From an uncultured bacterium (GTDB taxonomy: Bacteria > Spirochaetota > Spirochaetia > B11-G9): DNA of 39,639 nt. The stretch covers positions 1 to 39,639 of the forward strand of contig CBDVAD010000001.1 of NCBI GenBank assembly GCA_965371875.1, read 5' to 3'. Position 1 is the first letter of the stretch, and every line of letters begins with the position of its first letter. Positions 1 to 7,931 of this stretch are shown piece after piece. The notes under the pieces were generated by a model. It searched no databases, had not been told where the DNA came from, and worked only from the letters and a program-made list of their open reading frames with translations. The position numbers were made by a program, and so were the translations under genes.

Positions 1-204
1 GAAAATAATAATCTTCTAGTAATTGAAATCAAGAAGAATCCGAATCTCCAAGATGAAAAGTCTGATAAAAAGAAGATCAAATCATTTATGAAAGAATCAC
101 CATACTATTATTTATATGGTGCATTTATATCGATAAACTCAGGGAATCCTCCATTGTATAAAATTTCCTGGTTTGACAGGTCTGATTTGGAGGAATTGAT
201 ATGA
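1..204 (+). CDS. 3' end of an unidentified protein (its start lies left of the window)
   Basis: Frame +1 is open from base 1 to TGA 202-204 (...NLLVIEIKKNPNLQDEK...WFDRSDLEELI*). It is absent from the ORF track because it has no start in the window. 'VIEIKK' resembles an E-x-K nuclease motif, but no family can be assigned. Confidence 0.3.
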   Translation, partial: ENNNLLVIEIKKNPNLQDEKSDKKKIKSFMKESPYYYLYGAFISINSGNPPLYKISWFDRSDLEELI

Positions 205-237
205 TATCAGCAATTAAGAAAAGGTATTGTAGAACCC

Positions 238-1061
238 ATGAAACAGCTTAAATCAAAATCTCAGGATTTAAGAAACCTGTTCACTTAGAATATTACTGTC
301 AGTCATATTGCTGAGAATCTACTACATCGTAATGTGAATACAGATTCAGAACACGTTCGAAAATATATGGAAGATCAAGATTTTGATGTCCTCGGCATGG
401 AGGAAGACGGGGTAATATCCGGGTATGTTAAGAAATCATAGTTAATAACCGGACAGTGTAGAGACTTTAAGCAGATATTTTCACCGTTGGAACTAATATC
501 TGAATCAACACCCTTGATTGATCTACTACCCATGCTTGGTGAAAATTCCAGAATGTTTGTATTAGAAAGTAATCCTATTTCAGTATGCAACAAACATAAT
601 CAGGTTAACGGCATTGTGACACGAGGAGATTTACAGAAAGCACCAGTTCGAATGTTTTTATTCGGTTTAGTAACATTGCTTGAAATGCAAATGCTTCGGC
701 TTATCCGGATTAGCTACCCTCAGGATTCCTGGCAAAAATTATATCGGATAGTCGTTTAGTAAAGACAGAAAAGCTACATGAAGAACGAAAGAAAAGAAAT
801 GAGGCTATCGACCTGATGGATTGTCTTCAATTCTGTGATAAGAGAGATATTATACTGAAGACTCCGGATCTCCTGGATAAAATTGGGTTTGATGAAAAAA
901 AACATGGAAAGGTATCCTTTGAAACATCTGAAAAGCTAAGAAACAAACTGGCACATGCTCAGGATATTATTATGGGCTCAACCTGGGAAAAAGTTATCGT
1001 TCTTGTGGCAGAGATCGAAGATATTTTAAAAAAATGTGAGGTGATCAAAAACTCAGCATAA
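238..1061 (+). pseudogene. Decayed CBS-pair + HEPN (Rx4H) domain gene
   Basis: Reading from ATG 238 there are in-frame TAG codons at 286-288 and 439-441. A 1-nt frameshift in the A5 run at 734-738 then joins track ORFs 487-759 and 816-1061 (...DSWQK / IISDSRLVKTEKLHEERKKRNEAIDLMDCLQF...). There are CBS-like segments (DFDVLGMEEDGVISGYV; VNGIVTRGDLQKA). The C-terminal 'LRNKLAH' gives an R-x4-H HEPN motif at 939-956. Confidence 0.6.
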
Positions 1062-1173
1062 ACGGCAGTTCTTGCAGACACTAATCTCCGATCCTGTAAC
1101 CCCCAAATCCCATAAATCCTAATGCTGACAAGTGAAAGTAGGCAACCGACACCCCGTAAAAGACCATAGTCAT

Positions 1174-1247
1174 AAAAAAAACAAATCCTAAACAATCCCC
1201 AGCCCCGGAGGGGCGAAGTATCTCTTAACGATGGGTGCAGCTCTTCG
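1174..1247. repeat. Direct repeat copy 1 flanking the rpn-like gene; the core is a GC hairpin unit AGCCCCGGAGGGGCG + AGTATCTCTTAACGATGGGTGCAGC
   Basis: The 47-nt core 1201-1247 matches 2487-2533 at 44/47 positions in the same orientation. The upstream A-rich part is also similar. Confidence 0.8.
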
Positions 1248-1367
1248 TTCTTCTCTATGGACATAATCTTCAGACATAAAAAGGTGATCTCCTTCTAAAC
1301 CTTCCATCAGCTTTCCGTTATTCAGGAAGGATAACTTTGTTGAACTATATATCTGCGGATCATTATG

Positions 1368-1452
1368 CCACCCTTTCAGGGCTGAGAGAGTTCCGGATGT
1401 GCCGGAACACAGAGCTTCACTCTGTGTTGAAATATTGCACCCCTTCGGGGCT
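1368..1452. repeat. Cluster of four consecutive short hairpins; the outer two are inverted relatives of the AGCCCYGAARGGG unit
   Basis: The four hairpins are ccct-ttc-aggg (about 1371-1380), gttccgg-atgtg-ccggaac (1391-1409), cacagag-cttca-ctctgtg (1408-1426) and cccc-ttc-gggg (about 1441-1450). The cluster lies just downstream of the minus-strand rpn stop (1479), so it may also terminate transcription. Confidence 0.5.
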
Positions 1453-1478
1453 TATAAAAGGATTAGAACATAAGTTCC

Positions 1479-2426
1479 TTATTTTAAAATATCCATAAGC
1501 ACATCTTTTGATTCAGTAAAAAGAATCTCATCCAGAGCAAGATCCAGTTTGCCCTTGTTTTCTATCTCCATAATCAATAATCTGTCATCCTCAGAAATAC
1601 CGAATTTTCGTGAAATTTGGTTAATAAGAATATCCTTTTTTTCAAATAAGATACCTTTTTCCATCAATTTGTCTGCAGTAGTCATCAAATTCTCCCTGGC
1701 TCTGCCATCTGTTATTTCTATACATTTGAGAGCTGTATCCACAGTTATCTCTGTTGTTGAAAAAAGATAACGTAATACACTTTCCAGAAACCTGAGCCCT
1801 TCTTCTTCCCTATAGTACAATCTACCAATATTTATGATATCTTTCAAATGTGTAACAAGCTTTTTCTCATTAAATATGTTTTTCTCCATTAACAGTCCTA
1901 TCTCAATAGCTGCCCTTTTAAATGTACCATCTTTTATCTGGCTATCTGTATAGGATGACAGGTCTGTCAGCAGATATTCGAAATTCGGTACAAACCTGAA
2001 TAGCCAGTTATCTTTACTATTAAAGTAATCACTCATTTCTCTTTTCTTCCATCCGGATCTGCCATGATAGATAATCATAGGGATAATAAGCTGAAGATCA
2101 ATATCCTGCTTGATATTGGACTCCCATATATTCAGCATATACCTTAATAATTGGAAATGAATATATTTTACAGGATAGCTTTTATGTTCAAAAAGGAGGG
2201 AGATTTTTATCTTTTCTCCTCCCTTTAAACTGCATGAGTAGACAATGTCTGAAAAATACTCATCCAGCTTCTCATCGGTATAGTTGCTTGTATCAAGTTT
2301 AAGTGATTCCCTGATTATTCTATTTTTAATTTCAACAGGAAATGCTCCATTAATAAAATCCAGAGCATTCTCTCTAACGGAAAACAATTCTTTAAAAAAT
2401 TTGTCATGGGGGTTTTGTACTTTCAT
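1479..2426 (-). CDS. Rpn-family recombination-promoting nuclease / putative transposase (PD-(D/E)XK, YhgA-like)
   Basis: 315-aa ORF. The N-terminus 'NPHDKFFKELFS...ALDFINGAFP' and 'DIVYSCSLKGGEKIKISLLFEHKSY' (D...E-x-K core) are typical of the Rpn/Transposase_31 family. Confidence 0.85.
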   Translation of the reverse strand: MKVQNPHDKFFKELFSVRENALDFINGAFPVEIKNRIIRESLKLDTSNYTDEKLDEYFSDIVYSCSLKGGEKIKISLLFEHKSYPVKYIHFQLLRYMLNIWESNIKQDIDLQLIIPMIIYHGRSGWKKREMSDYFNSKDNWLFRFVPNFEYLLTDLSSYTDSQIKDGTFKRAAIEIGLLMEKNIFNEKKLVTHLKDIINIGRLYYREEEGLRFLESVLRYLFSTTEITVDTALKCIEITDGRARENLMTTADKLMEKGILFEKKDILINQISRKFGISEDDRLLIMEIENKGKLDLALDEILFTESKDVLMDILK

Positions 2427-2461
2427 AATTAGTAGTACAGGTAATTTTGCTTTGCTGCTTC

Positions 2462-2533
2462 AAAAAACAAAACCTAATCAATCCTAAGCCCCGAAGGGGC
2501 GTAGTATCTCTTAACGATGGGTGCAGCCCTTCG
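2462..2533. repeat. Direct repeat copy 2 flanking the rpn-like gene
   Basis: See 1174-1247. Core AGCCCCGAAGGGGCGTAGTATCTCTTAACGATGGGTGCAGCCCTTCG at 2487-2533. Confidence 0.8.
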
Positions 2534-2598
2534 ATCTTAGTAAAGCTGACCGCCCAGGCAATCAAAGAATCTTTGGGTTTACAGCAGAATACAGACAC

Positions 2599-2709
2599 GC
2601 GGCCGGGAGTGGAGGTGCGCGCAGCGGTCGGGTATTTCCGTAGGGGCGCCCCTGCGTGGGCGTCCTGCGGAAATACCCGACGGAACCCCCATATAGCCCG
2701 CCCGGCCGC
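2599..2709. repeat. GC-rich nested hairpin of about 110 nt (REP-like; possible terminator of the HU-fusion gene)
   Basis: The outer stem pairs gcggccggg (2599-2607) with cccggccgc (2701-2709). The inner perfect 14-bp stem pairs gtcgggtatttccg (2627-2640) with cggaaatacccgac (2668-2681). The centre carries GTAGGGGCGCCCCTGC, a short relative of the palindrome inside the RAYT gene. It is strongly GC-rich in an AT-rich background. Confidence 0.6.
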
Positions 2710-2725
2710 CCACCATACGGAACAT

Positions 2726-3580
2726 CTAAACCATCGTATCCTCACCAACACTACCGGCTTTGTCCTTAATATATTTGCTGAAGGAAATCTTTGGAACTGA
2801 TGTAGGAGGTTTTGCTTTGACGGTTATCTCCTCTCCTGTTTCCGGGTGCCTGATTATCCGTGCTTTCTGGGCCTCTTTCTTTTTTAATGAAAGACGCCCA
2901 ATTCTGCCAAGAGGAACACTCTCTCCCAGCATCATCCCTGTTTCGATGAGCAGGGTGTAATCATCCAGAATCTCTTTAGCCAGAGCCCCTGTTATGTTGT
3001 ACCTCTTGGCAATGTACCTGGTCATGGATTTGGAGGTAAATTGTTCCGGTACACTTGTTTTATCTATATGAATACTTCTGTTTATCTTCATGAAACCGTT
3101 GGTAAGAAAAATTGTCCCTTCCCTTATTCGCTCTTTCTGGTTTGCTGTATCAACAGAGGCATCGCATACGGCAATCATATAGGCTGCTGAAGTCTGTTTC
3201 AGTTGACCTGCAGAGAATCTGACAGCCTCGCCAATACGAACGCCTCCTGCAAGATCTGTATCAACAATTGATATCGTTTTAGGAACATCACTTCTCAGGT
3301 GTATACTTGCGTACTCAACTTCCCTTGCTTCCTCTTTAGGCCCGATGCTGACAATAGAACCTGAATAGGTCATAATAATCATCCCTCTTTGATCACCTGC
3401 CTCAATACCATCGACAATATTCATGTTTAAAGTTCTGGTCTGCTGTTTAAAAAGATTACATTTTCTATCCCATATATCTGCCAGTAGATTACGGAATTCT
3501 TTATTGTCAGGCATTTCTGAAGATCTGATAAGCGATTCCATATGAGATTGAATTCTTTGTGGCAATTCATTAAATGTCAT
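2726..3580 (-). CDS. Fusion protein: uncharacterised ~170-aa N-terminal domain + C-terminal HU/IHF-type DNA-binding domain
   Basis: 284-aa ORF. The C-terminus 'VPLGRIGRLSLKKKEAQKARIIRHPETGEEITVKAKPPTSVPKISFSKYIKD' fits the HU/IHF arm (R-x-G-R-N-P-x-T-G-E-type) pattern. The N-terminal domain is paralogous to the product of 3743-4273. Confidence 0.8.
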   Translation of the reverse strand: MTFNELPQRIQSHMESLIRSSEMPDNKEFRNLLADIWDRKCNLFKQQTRTLNMNIVDGIEAGDQRGMIIMTYSGSIVSIGPKEEAREVEYASIHLRSDVPKTISIVDTDLAGGVRIGEAVRFSAGQLKQTSAAYMIAVCDASVDTANQKERIREGTIFLTNGFMKINRSIHIDKTSVPEQFTSKSMTRYIAKRYNITGALAKEILDDYTLLIETGMMLGESVPLGRIGRLSLKKKEAQKARIIRHPETGEEITVKAKPPTSVPKISFSKYIKDKAGSVGEDTMV

Positions 3581-3742
3581 GGTTTTATCCCCCCTGTTAT
3601 CAGATGCTTAATAGCTCTGAATTATTTGCATATTTATAGTATATCACAAATATTATCAAATAATACCGAAAAAAATGGTTATTTTTGGAAAAGTGCATTA
3701 TATTCCAATGTATTGAAGAGAATTACCATTGGAGGTATGAAA
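3581..3742. promoter_or_regulatory. Divergent intergenic region, presumed bidirectional promoter/operator
   Basis: 162-bp AT-rich spacer between divergent paralogues. It contains the inverted repeat TATTAT-caa-ATAATA at 3651-3665. GGAGG at 3731-3735 precedes ATG 3743. No promoter hexamers could be assigned confidently. Confidence 0.3.
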
Positions 3743-4273
3743 ATGGAAGAATATTTTGCAAAGGTATCAGAAGAGGTACAGAATCACTTGAAACAGCTTG
3801 TCGGTACAGTTAATCTGTCCGAAGGGGAAGATGCTTTGGAGATACTGGCCAAAGGGTGGCTGGATAAGGAAGAGAGTTTTATGTCCCAGATAAATGAAAG
3901 GAATTTGGAAGAGGCCCGTGACTTTTCTGTCGAAGAGCCCAGAGGCGGACTGTTAATGACATATTCAGGTTCGCTTTTGACAATTGGACCAATAGGTGAA
4001 GATGGGCGGAAAGTGGAATATGTAAGTGTTGGTCTTAGAACGGATGTTCCTGAGAGTGCTGAAAAGGAAGGATCTGTTATTAGCTCTGATATTTCAGTAG
4101 GTGGAGTGGTTGATTTTTTAGTTGGACCTATTAAGAAGAGTTCACCGGTTTATAAAATTGCTGTAGTCAGGGATGAGATGCCCATTGAAGAGGAAGAAGA
4201 ACTTCTTTCGGATGTCACTCAGATTTTAATGGATGAATTTGTTGAAGTTAACAAGACTTTGATAATCGACTAA
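3743..4273 (+). CDS. Uncharacterised protein, stand-alone paralogue of the N-terminal domain of the HU-fusion protein; first gene of the kinase/FHA operon
   Basis: Track ORF 3542-4273 is trimmed to the ATG (MEEYFAKV...) that lies 7 nt after GGAGG. It shares 'LMTYSGSLLTIGP..GRKVEYVSVGLRTDVP' with 'IMTYSGSIVSIGP..AREVEYASIHLRSDVP' of the divergent gene. Confidence 0.75.
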   Translation: MEEYFAKVSEEVQNHLKQLVGTVNLSEGEDALEILAKGWLDKEESFMSQINERNLEEARDFSVEEPRGGLLMTYSGSLLTIGPIGEDGRKVEYVSVGLRTDVPESAEKEGSVISSDISVGGVVDFLVGPIKKSSPVYKIAVVRDEMPIEEEEELLSDVTQILMDEFVEVNKTLIID

Positions 4274-4274
4274 A

Positions 4275-5282
4275 ATGTTTGTAAGCAGCCCCTTTTACAG
4301 AATTAAAGCTATTACGGAAAGAAGGAAAGTACCTGTTCCCGGGGATCTTAACGAGTCCCTGGAACGGGCCTCCTATGCCCTGGATAATGAGAATATGGAT
4401 ATTCGTCCCCGGGGAAGTGACGGCGCGCCAGGCGGTCTTATTCTTTTAGGAGCCCTTCCAACAATAATTGTTCCGGATCTTCATGCCCGTATTGGATATC
4501 TTAAGACACTTCTTGCCTGGAACCCTCCTGGTGAAAATTATACTGTCTATCAGGGGCTATCTTTAGGTAAGCTGCAGGTTGTCTGTGTTGGTGATGGCTT
4601 TCATGGCGAGGCAAGGGCAATTCGGCGTTGGCAAACAGCTTATGAAGAATTCTCCCAGGACTTTAAAAAGCATAAGGCCATGGATGAGGAGATGAGGGAA
4701 AGTATAGGTGTTATGATGATTGTCATGGAACTTAAATCAGCCTTTCCTGAGTATTTCCATTTTTTAAAAGGGAATCATGAGAATATTGCAAATGAGAATT
4801 CACTGGATAATAGATCTTTTATGAAATTTGTCTATGAAGGAGCTATGGTAACATCCTGGTTTCGTAAATACATGGGAGAGGAAACTTTTCTAAAATACTA
4901 TGAGTTTGAAAAAAAGCTGCCTGTATTTGCTGTAGGAAATCGTTTCTGTGTAACCCATTCCGAACCGAGAAAGCATTACTGGAAGCATGAACTGATAGAA
5001 GCTATGATTAACCGTAAAATAGTATTCGACCTGACCTGGACTGCAAATGAAGAGGCGGAAACAAACAGTGTTAATGGATACCTGGAGGAATACTTTCCAG
5101 GGGATCTTCATGCCAGAATGTTTGGTGGTCACAGACCGGTAGCAGGCTGTTTTAATACCCGGGCCGGGGGAAAATATTTGCAGATTCATAATCCCGGCAG
5201 GTACATAGCGGCGTACATCCGTGATATGGCGGATTTTTCCACAGAAAGAGATATTTTGATTCTACCCGAAAAGGGGGCATAG
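4275..5282 (+). CDS. Calcineurin-like metallophosphoesterase (probable Ser/Thr protein phosphatase)
   Basis: The ordered metallophosphoesterase motifs are all present: PDLHA (D-x-H), VGDGFHGE (GD), KGNHEN (GNHE), VTHSEP (H), GGHRP (GH). It starts 1 nt after the upstream stop and ends 4 nt before the kinase gene. Confidence 0.8.
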   Translation: MFVSSPFYRIKAITERRKVPVPGDLNESLERASYALDNENMDIRPRGSDGAPGGLILLGALPTIIVPDLHARIGYLKTLLAWNPPGENYTVYQGLSLGKLQVVCVGDGFHGEARAIRRWQTAYEEFSQDFKKHKAMDEEMRESIGVMMIVMELKSAFPEYFHFLKGNHENIANENSLDNRSFMKFVYEGAMVTSWFRKYMGEETFLKYYEFEKKLPVFAVGNRFCVTHSEPRKHYWKHELIEAMINRKIVFDLTWTANEEAETNSVNGYLEEYFPGDLHARMFGGHRPVAGCFNTRAGGKYLQIHNPGRYIAAYIRDMADFSTERDILILPEKGA

Positions 5283-5286
5283 CCAG

Positions 5287-6924
5287 ATGGCAAAATTACC
5301 GGAAAGTATAGGTAAGTATAAAGTTGAGGCTCTTGTTGCGAAGGGGGGCATGGGCGCAGTCTATAAGGCTATCCATCCAACATTGCACAGGCCTGTAATA
5401 ATAAAAAAGCTGACTCTTAGAGGACGGAAGGATATAAATGAACGTTTTAAAAGGGAAGCACGTATTCTTATGGATTTTCGGCATGATGGTGTCGTGGATA
5501 TGTATGATCACTTTAAATTGGGATCATCGTATTATATTGTTCTTGAGTTTGTAGATGGATCATCACTGGAAGATGTTATAAAAAAGCAGCGGTATCTGGA
5601 CAATGGTACAGCAGCTTATATTCTCTATTATACTGCCATAGCACTGCACTATGCTCATGAAAAAAAAGTTGTTCACAGAGATATAAAACCAGCTAACCTC
5701 CTGTTATCAAAGGCAGGGGAGATTAAACTTGTTGATTTCGGTATTGCCGTTTCTGATGAAGATGCTGATGAAGGACTCACCAGGGATGGAATGACTCTGG
5801 GAACGCCCAGCTACATGGCACCGGAACAGTTCCAAAATACTAAGAATGTTGACAGACGGGCTGATATCTATTCTCTGGGTGTATTGGCATATGAGATGCT
5901 GACAGGGAAGAAACCTTTCCCTGGAGGGTTCAGCTCCGAACTTATGAACAGTATCCAGAAAGGTAAATATCCAAATCCGCGAAAATTCAATCCTGGCATT
6001 CATTCTGTTCTTCTCCGTTTTATCAGAAAATCAATGAAGCCGAATACAGATCGTCGTTATAAAAGCCTGGTCCCGGTAATCGAAGAACTTGAACGATTTC
6101 TTAAGGGCTATGAAAAAGAAGTACTTACCAGTATAGTCGCCGATCTGGCGACAGGGAAGGAACCGGAGAAACCGAAATACAAGATAAAAAGAGGTTCTTT
6201 TATAAAAAATTTGATACTGTCTGTTGTTGTAATCGCAATATCTCTGATCGGGATTTTTGACTATCTTACTGGTTATCACAATGTGATATTTCATGGAGAT
6301 TCATATGGGTCTGTAATTTTCCTTGCCAGAACTCCGGTCGGTTTCCAGCCATGGTATAAGATATTTATAAAAGCCGATATTTTTCAGGATGATGATAATC
6401 TTATACCGAATGTTCCTGATAAACGGATTATTTTTATAAAAGTAAGGGAAGATAGAGGGGATGGTTCATATCTGTTTCAGTCACTTCCGGTTTATCTGAC
6501 CGAGGGCCTGTACAGGGCAAAGGTTGAGATTGAAGATGAACTTACCTGGCATTCCTTTATAGTTCTATCCAGACAGCAGCAGAAACAGGATTCACAAACA
6601 AGCAAAGGTAAGATTGTTGTCTCCGGCGAATTTCAGGAGACACCTTCTTTTCTTTCTACTAAAATAGAAGTTTCAGATATACTAACAGGAGATCTTATAG
6701 AGAAAGGAATCACTGTTTCTATATTACACAAAGGGATATGGATAGATTTGGAAGAGTCAGAATCTCTGTTTACTGGTGGAATCCACAAGTTTCGAATTCG
6801 GCATGAGGATTATAATACAAAGATTTTTTCTCTTCTGATCAGAGAAAATCAGGATACTCTTATTATAAAAGCAGGTCTTGTTCCACTCTCAGGAATCGAC
6901 AGCCTGGAACCTGGCTCGGAGTGA
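5287..6924 (+). CDS. Hanks-type Ser/Thr protein kinase with one TM helix and a ~220-aa extracytoplasmic C-terminal region
   Basis: Kinase motifs GKGGMGAVYKA (P-loop), VIIKK, HRDIKPANLL, DFGIA and GTPSYMAPEQ. TM segment ILSVVVIAISLIGIF. Confidence 0.95.
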   Translation: MAKLPESIGKYKVEALVAKGGMGAVYKAIHPTLHRPVIIKKLTLRGRKDINERFKREARILMDFRHDGVVDMYDHFKLGSSYYIVLEFVDGSSLEDVIKKQRYLDNGTAAYILYYTAIALHYAHEKKVVHRDIKPANLLLSKAGEIKLVDFGIAVSDEDADEGLTRDGMTLGTPSYMAPEQFQNTKNVDRRADIYSLGVLAYEMLTGKKPFPGGFSSELMNSIQKGKYPNPRKFNPGIHSVLLRFIRKSMKPNTDRRYKSLVPVIEELERFLKGYEKEVLTSIVADLATGKEPEKPKYKIKRGSFIKNLILSVVVIAISLIGIFDYLTGYHNVIFHGDSYGSVIFLARTPVGFQPWYKIFIKADIFQDDDNLIPNVPDKRIIFIKVREDRGDGSYLFQSLPVYLTEGLYRAKVEIEDELTWHSFIVLSRQQQKQDSQTSKGKIVVSGEFQETPSFLSTKIEVSDILTGDLIEKGITVSILHKGIWIDLEESESLFTGGIHKFRIRHEDYNTKIFSLLIRENQDTLIIKAGLVPLSGIDSLEPGSE

Positions 6925-6934
6925 AGGAGATAAT

Positions 6935-7819
6935 ATGACAGTATTTTACAGAAAGATTTTTATGACATTGATAGGTTTAATAGCAGGTATGGCGAGTTGG
7001 GGGGTAATTGAAATTCTTCTTTCTTATAGTTATTTGATCAGTCGCCACCTTGTTTGGAATAGTCTTGCCGGGGCTGCAATGGGTCTGATTTTCGGTTTTT
7101 TCTTCGGCAGTGCAGAGGGGATAATGTTTTCAGATATAAAGAGGTCAATCAGAGGTGGTCTTACAGGGGCAGGCTTAGGACTGGCCGGTGGCATAGGAGC
7201 TGTAGTTCTGGCGCAGGGGCTTCTATACTGGATTGGGAATACCGAGCTGCTTGCATCCTCTTTTTCAGATTCATTTATCGCCCCTCTATCCAGAGCTTTG
7301 GGCTGGGGTCTTCTTGGTATGATTATAGGCGCTGTCGATGGTATTAGACGTGGTTCCGGGAAGCGGATTGGTATCGGTATTTCAGGAGGTCTTATTGGCG
7401 GTTTGTTTGGAGGATTATTACTGGAATTTCTTACAGGAGTATGGACAAACAGTTATGCGGCAAGAGGAATTGGTATTGTAGTTCTTGGTGTCGGGATTGG
7501 TCTCTTTTTTACTATCTTTGAGTATTCAAGGGCCTACGGCATTATCAGGATTCTTACAGGGACCCTGCGTGGTAAAGAGTATCTCCTTATTACAAAGAAA
7601 ACAAAAGTCGGCTCATCCATGGGCTCGGATATATCTCTTGGAAATTACACAGGAGTTGTAAAGAACCATGCAGTTTTAACTGCCAATAGGGATGGAGTTA
7701 TTATTAAAGATAATAAAGGGGCTGTTCTTGTAAACGATCAACCGGTAGGGGAGCAGGAATTAAAATATGAAGATGTTATCCAGATAGGAGATGCCAAACT
7801 TTTTTATCTGCCGAAATAA
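6935..7819 (+). CDS. Gly-rich polytopic membrane protein with C-terminal FHA domain
   Basis: The start is moved to the ATG after GGAGA (track ORF starts at 6878, inside the kinase gene). There are several Gly-rich hydrophobic segments. The C-terminus 'VGSSMGSDISLGN...NHAVLTANRDGVIIKDNKGAVLVNDQPV...IQIGDAKLFY' is FHA-like. Confidence 0.85.
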   Translation: MTVFYRKIFMTLIGLIAGMASWGVIEILLSYSYLISRHLVWNSLAGAAMGLIFGFFFGSAEGIMFSDIKRSIRGGLTGAGLGLAGGIGAVVLAQGLLYWIGNTELLASSFSDSFIAPLSRALGWGLLGMIIGAVDGIRRGSGKRIGIGISGGLIGGLFGGLLLEFLTGVWTNSYAARGIGIVVLGVGIGLFFTIFEYSRAYGIIRILTGTLRGKEYLLITKKTKVGSSMGSDISLGNYTGVVKNHAVLTANRDGVIIKDNKGAVLVNDQPVGEQELKYEDVIQIGDAKLFYLPK

Positions 7820-7836
7820 GTTTGATAGTAGATAAA

Positions 7837-7889
7837 ATGGGCGACACGAAGTGTCGGGGCTGGTCACAACTTCGTTGCTGCTCGCCCAT
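7837..7889. other. Intra-operon structured element (Y-shaped hairpin)
   Basis: An outer stem pairs atgggcga (7837-7844) with tcgcccat (7882-7889). It encloses cgacac-gaag-gtgtcg and caac-ttcg-ttg hairpins. The element is GC-rich relative to its surroundings and lies between the stop at 7819 and the start at 7932. Confidence 0.4.
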
Positions 7890-7931
7890 GCAACCTGGGA
7901 ACCCATTCTTAGTCGTAAGGGAGGATTTGAA

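Noticed and set aside
286-441. Two in-frame TAG codons in the CBS-HEPN gene as possible stop-codon recoding (pyrrolysine or a reassigned code).
   Set aside because: TAG is used as a genuine terminator by several well-conserved genes in this window (DAHP synthase, DJ-1 and the 14096-15376 ORF). The same gene also carries a frameshift, so decay is the simpler explanation.
959-1264. Minus-strand ORF of 101 aa (…EELHPSLRDTSPLRGWG…).
   Set aside because: It spans the repeat unit and runs antisense into the HEPN pseudogene. The same peptide recurs at the second repeat copy, which indicates repeat translation and not a gene.
2404-2800. ORFs 2404-2751 (minus, 115 aa) and 2447-2800 (plus, 117 aa), with Arg/Ala/Pro/Gly-rich products.
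   Set aside because: They are mirror translations of the direct repeat and the GC-rich hairpin. Palindromic DNA stays open on both strands. There is no RBS and they overlap the rpn start and the HU-fusion stop.
3542-3742. The 67-codon N-terminal extension of track ORF 3542-4273, and similar upstream extensions of ORFs 6878, 7851, 14078, 15410, 15892, 23975 and 25903.
   Set aside because: The extensions run through intergenic or upstream-gene sequence, use non-ATG or RBS-less starts, and lack homology to the paralogue or family N-termini. Internal ATGs with a Shine-Dalgarno or a start-stop overlap fit better.
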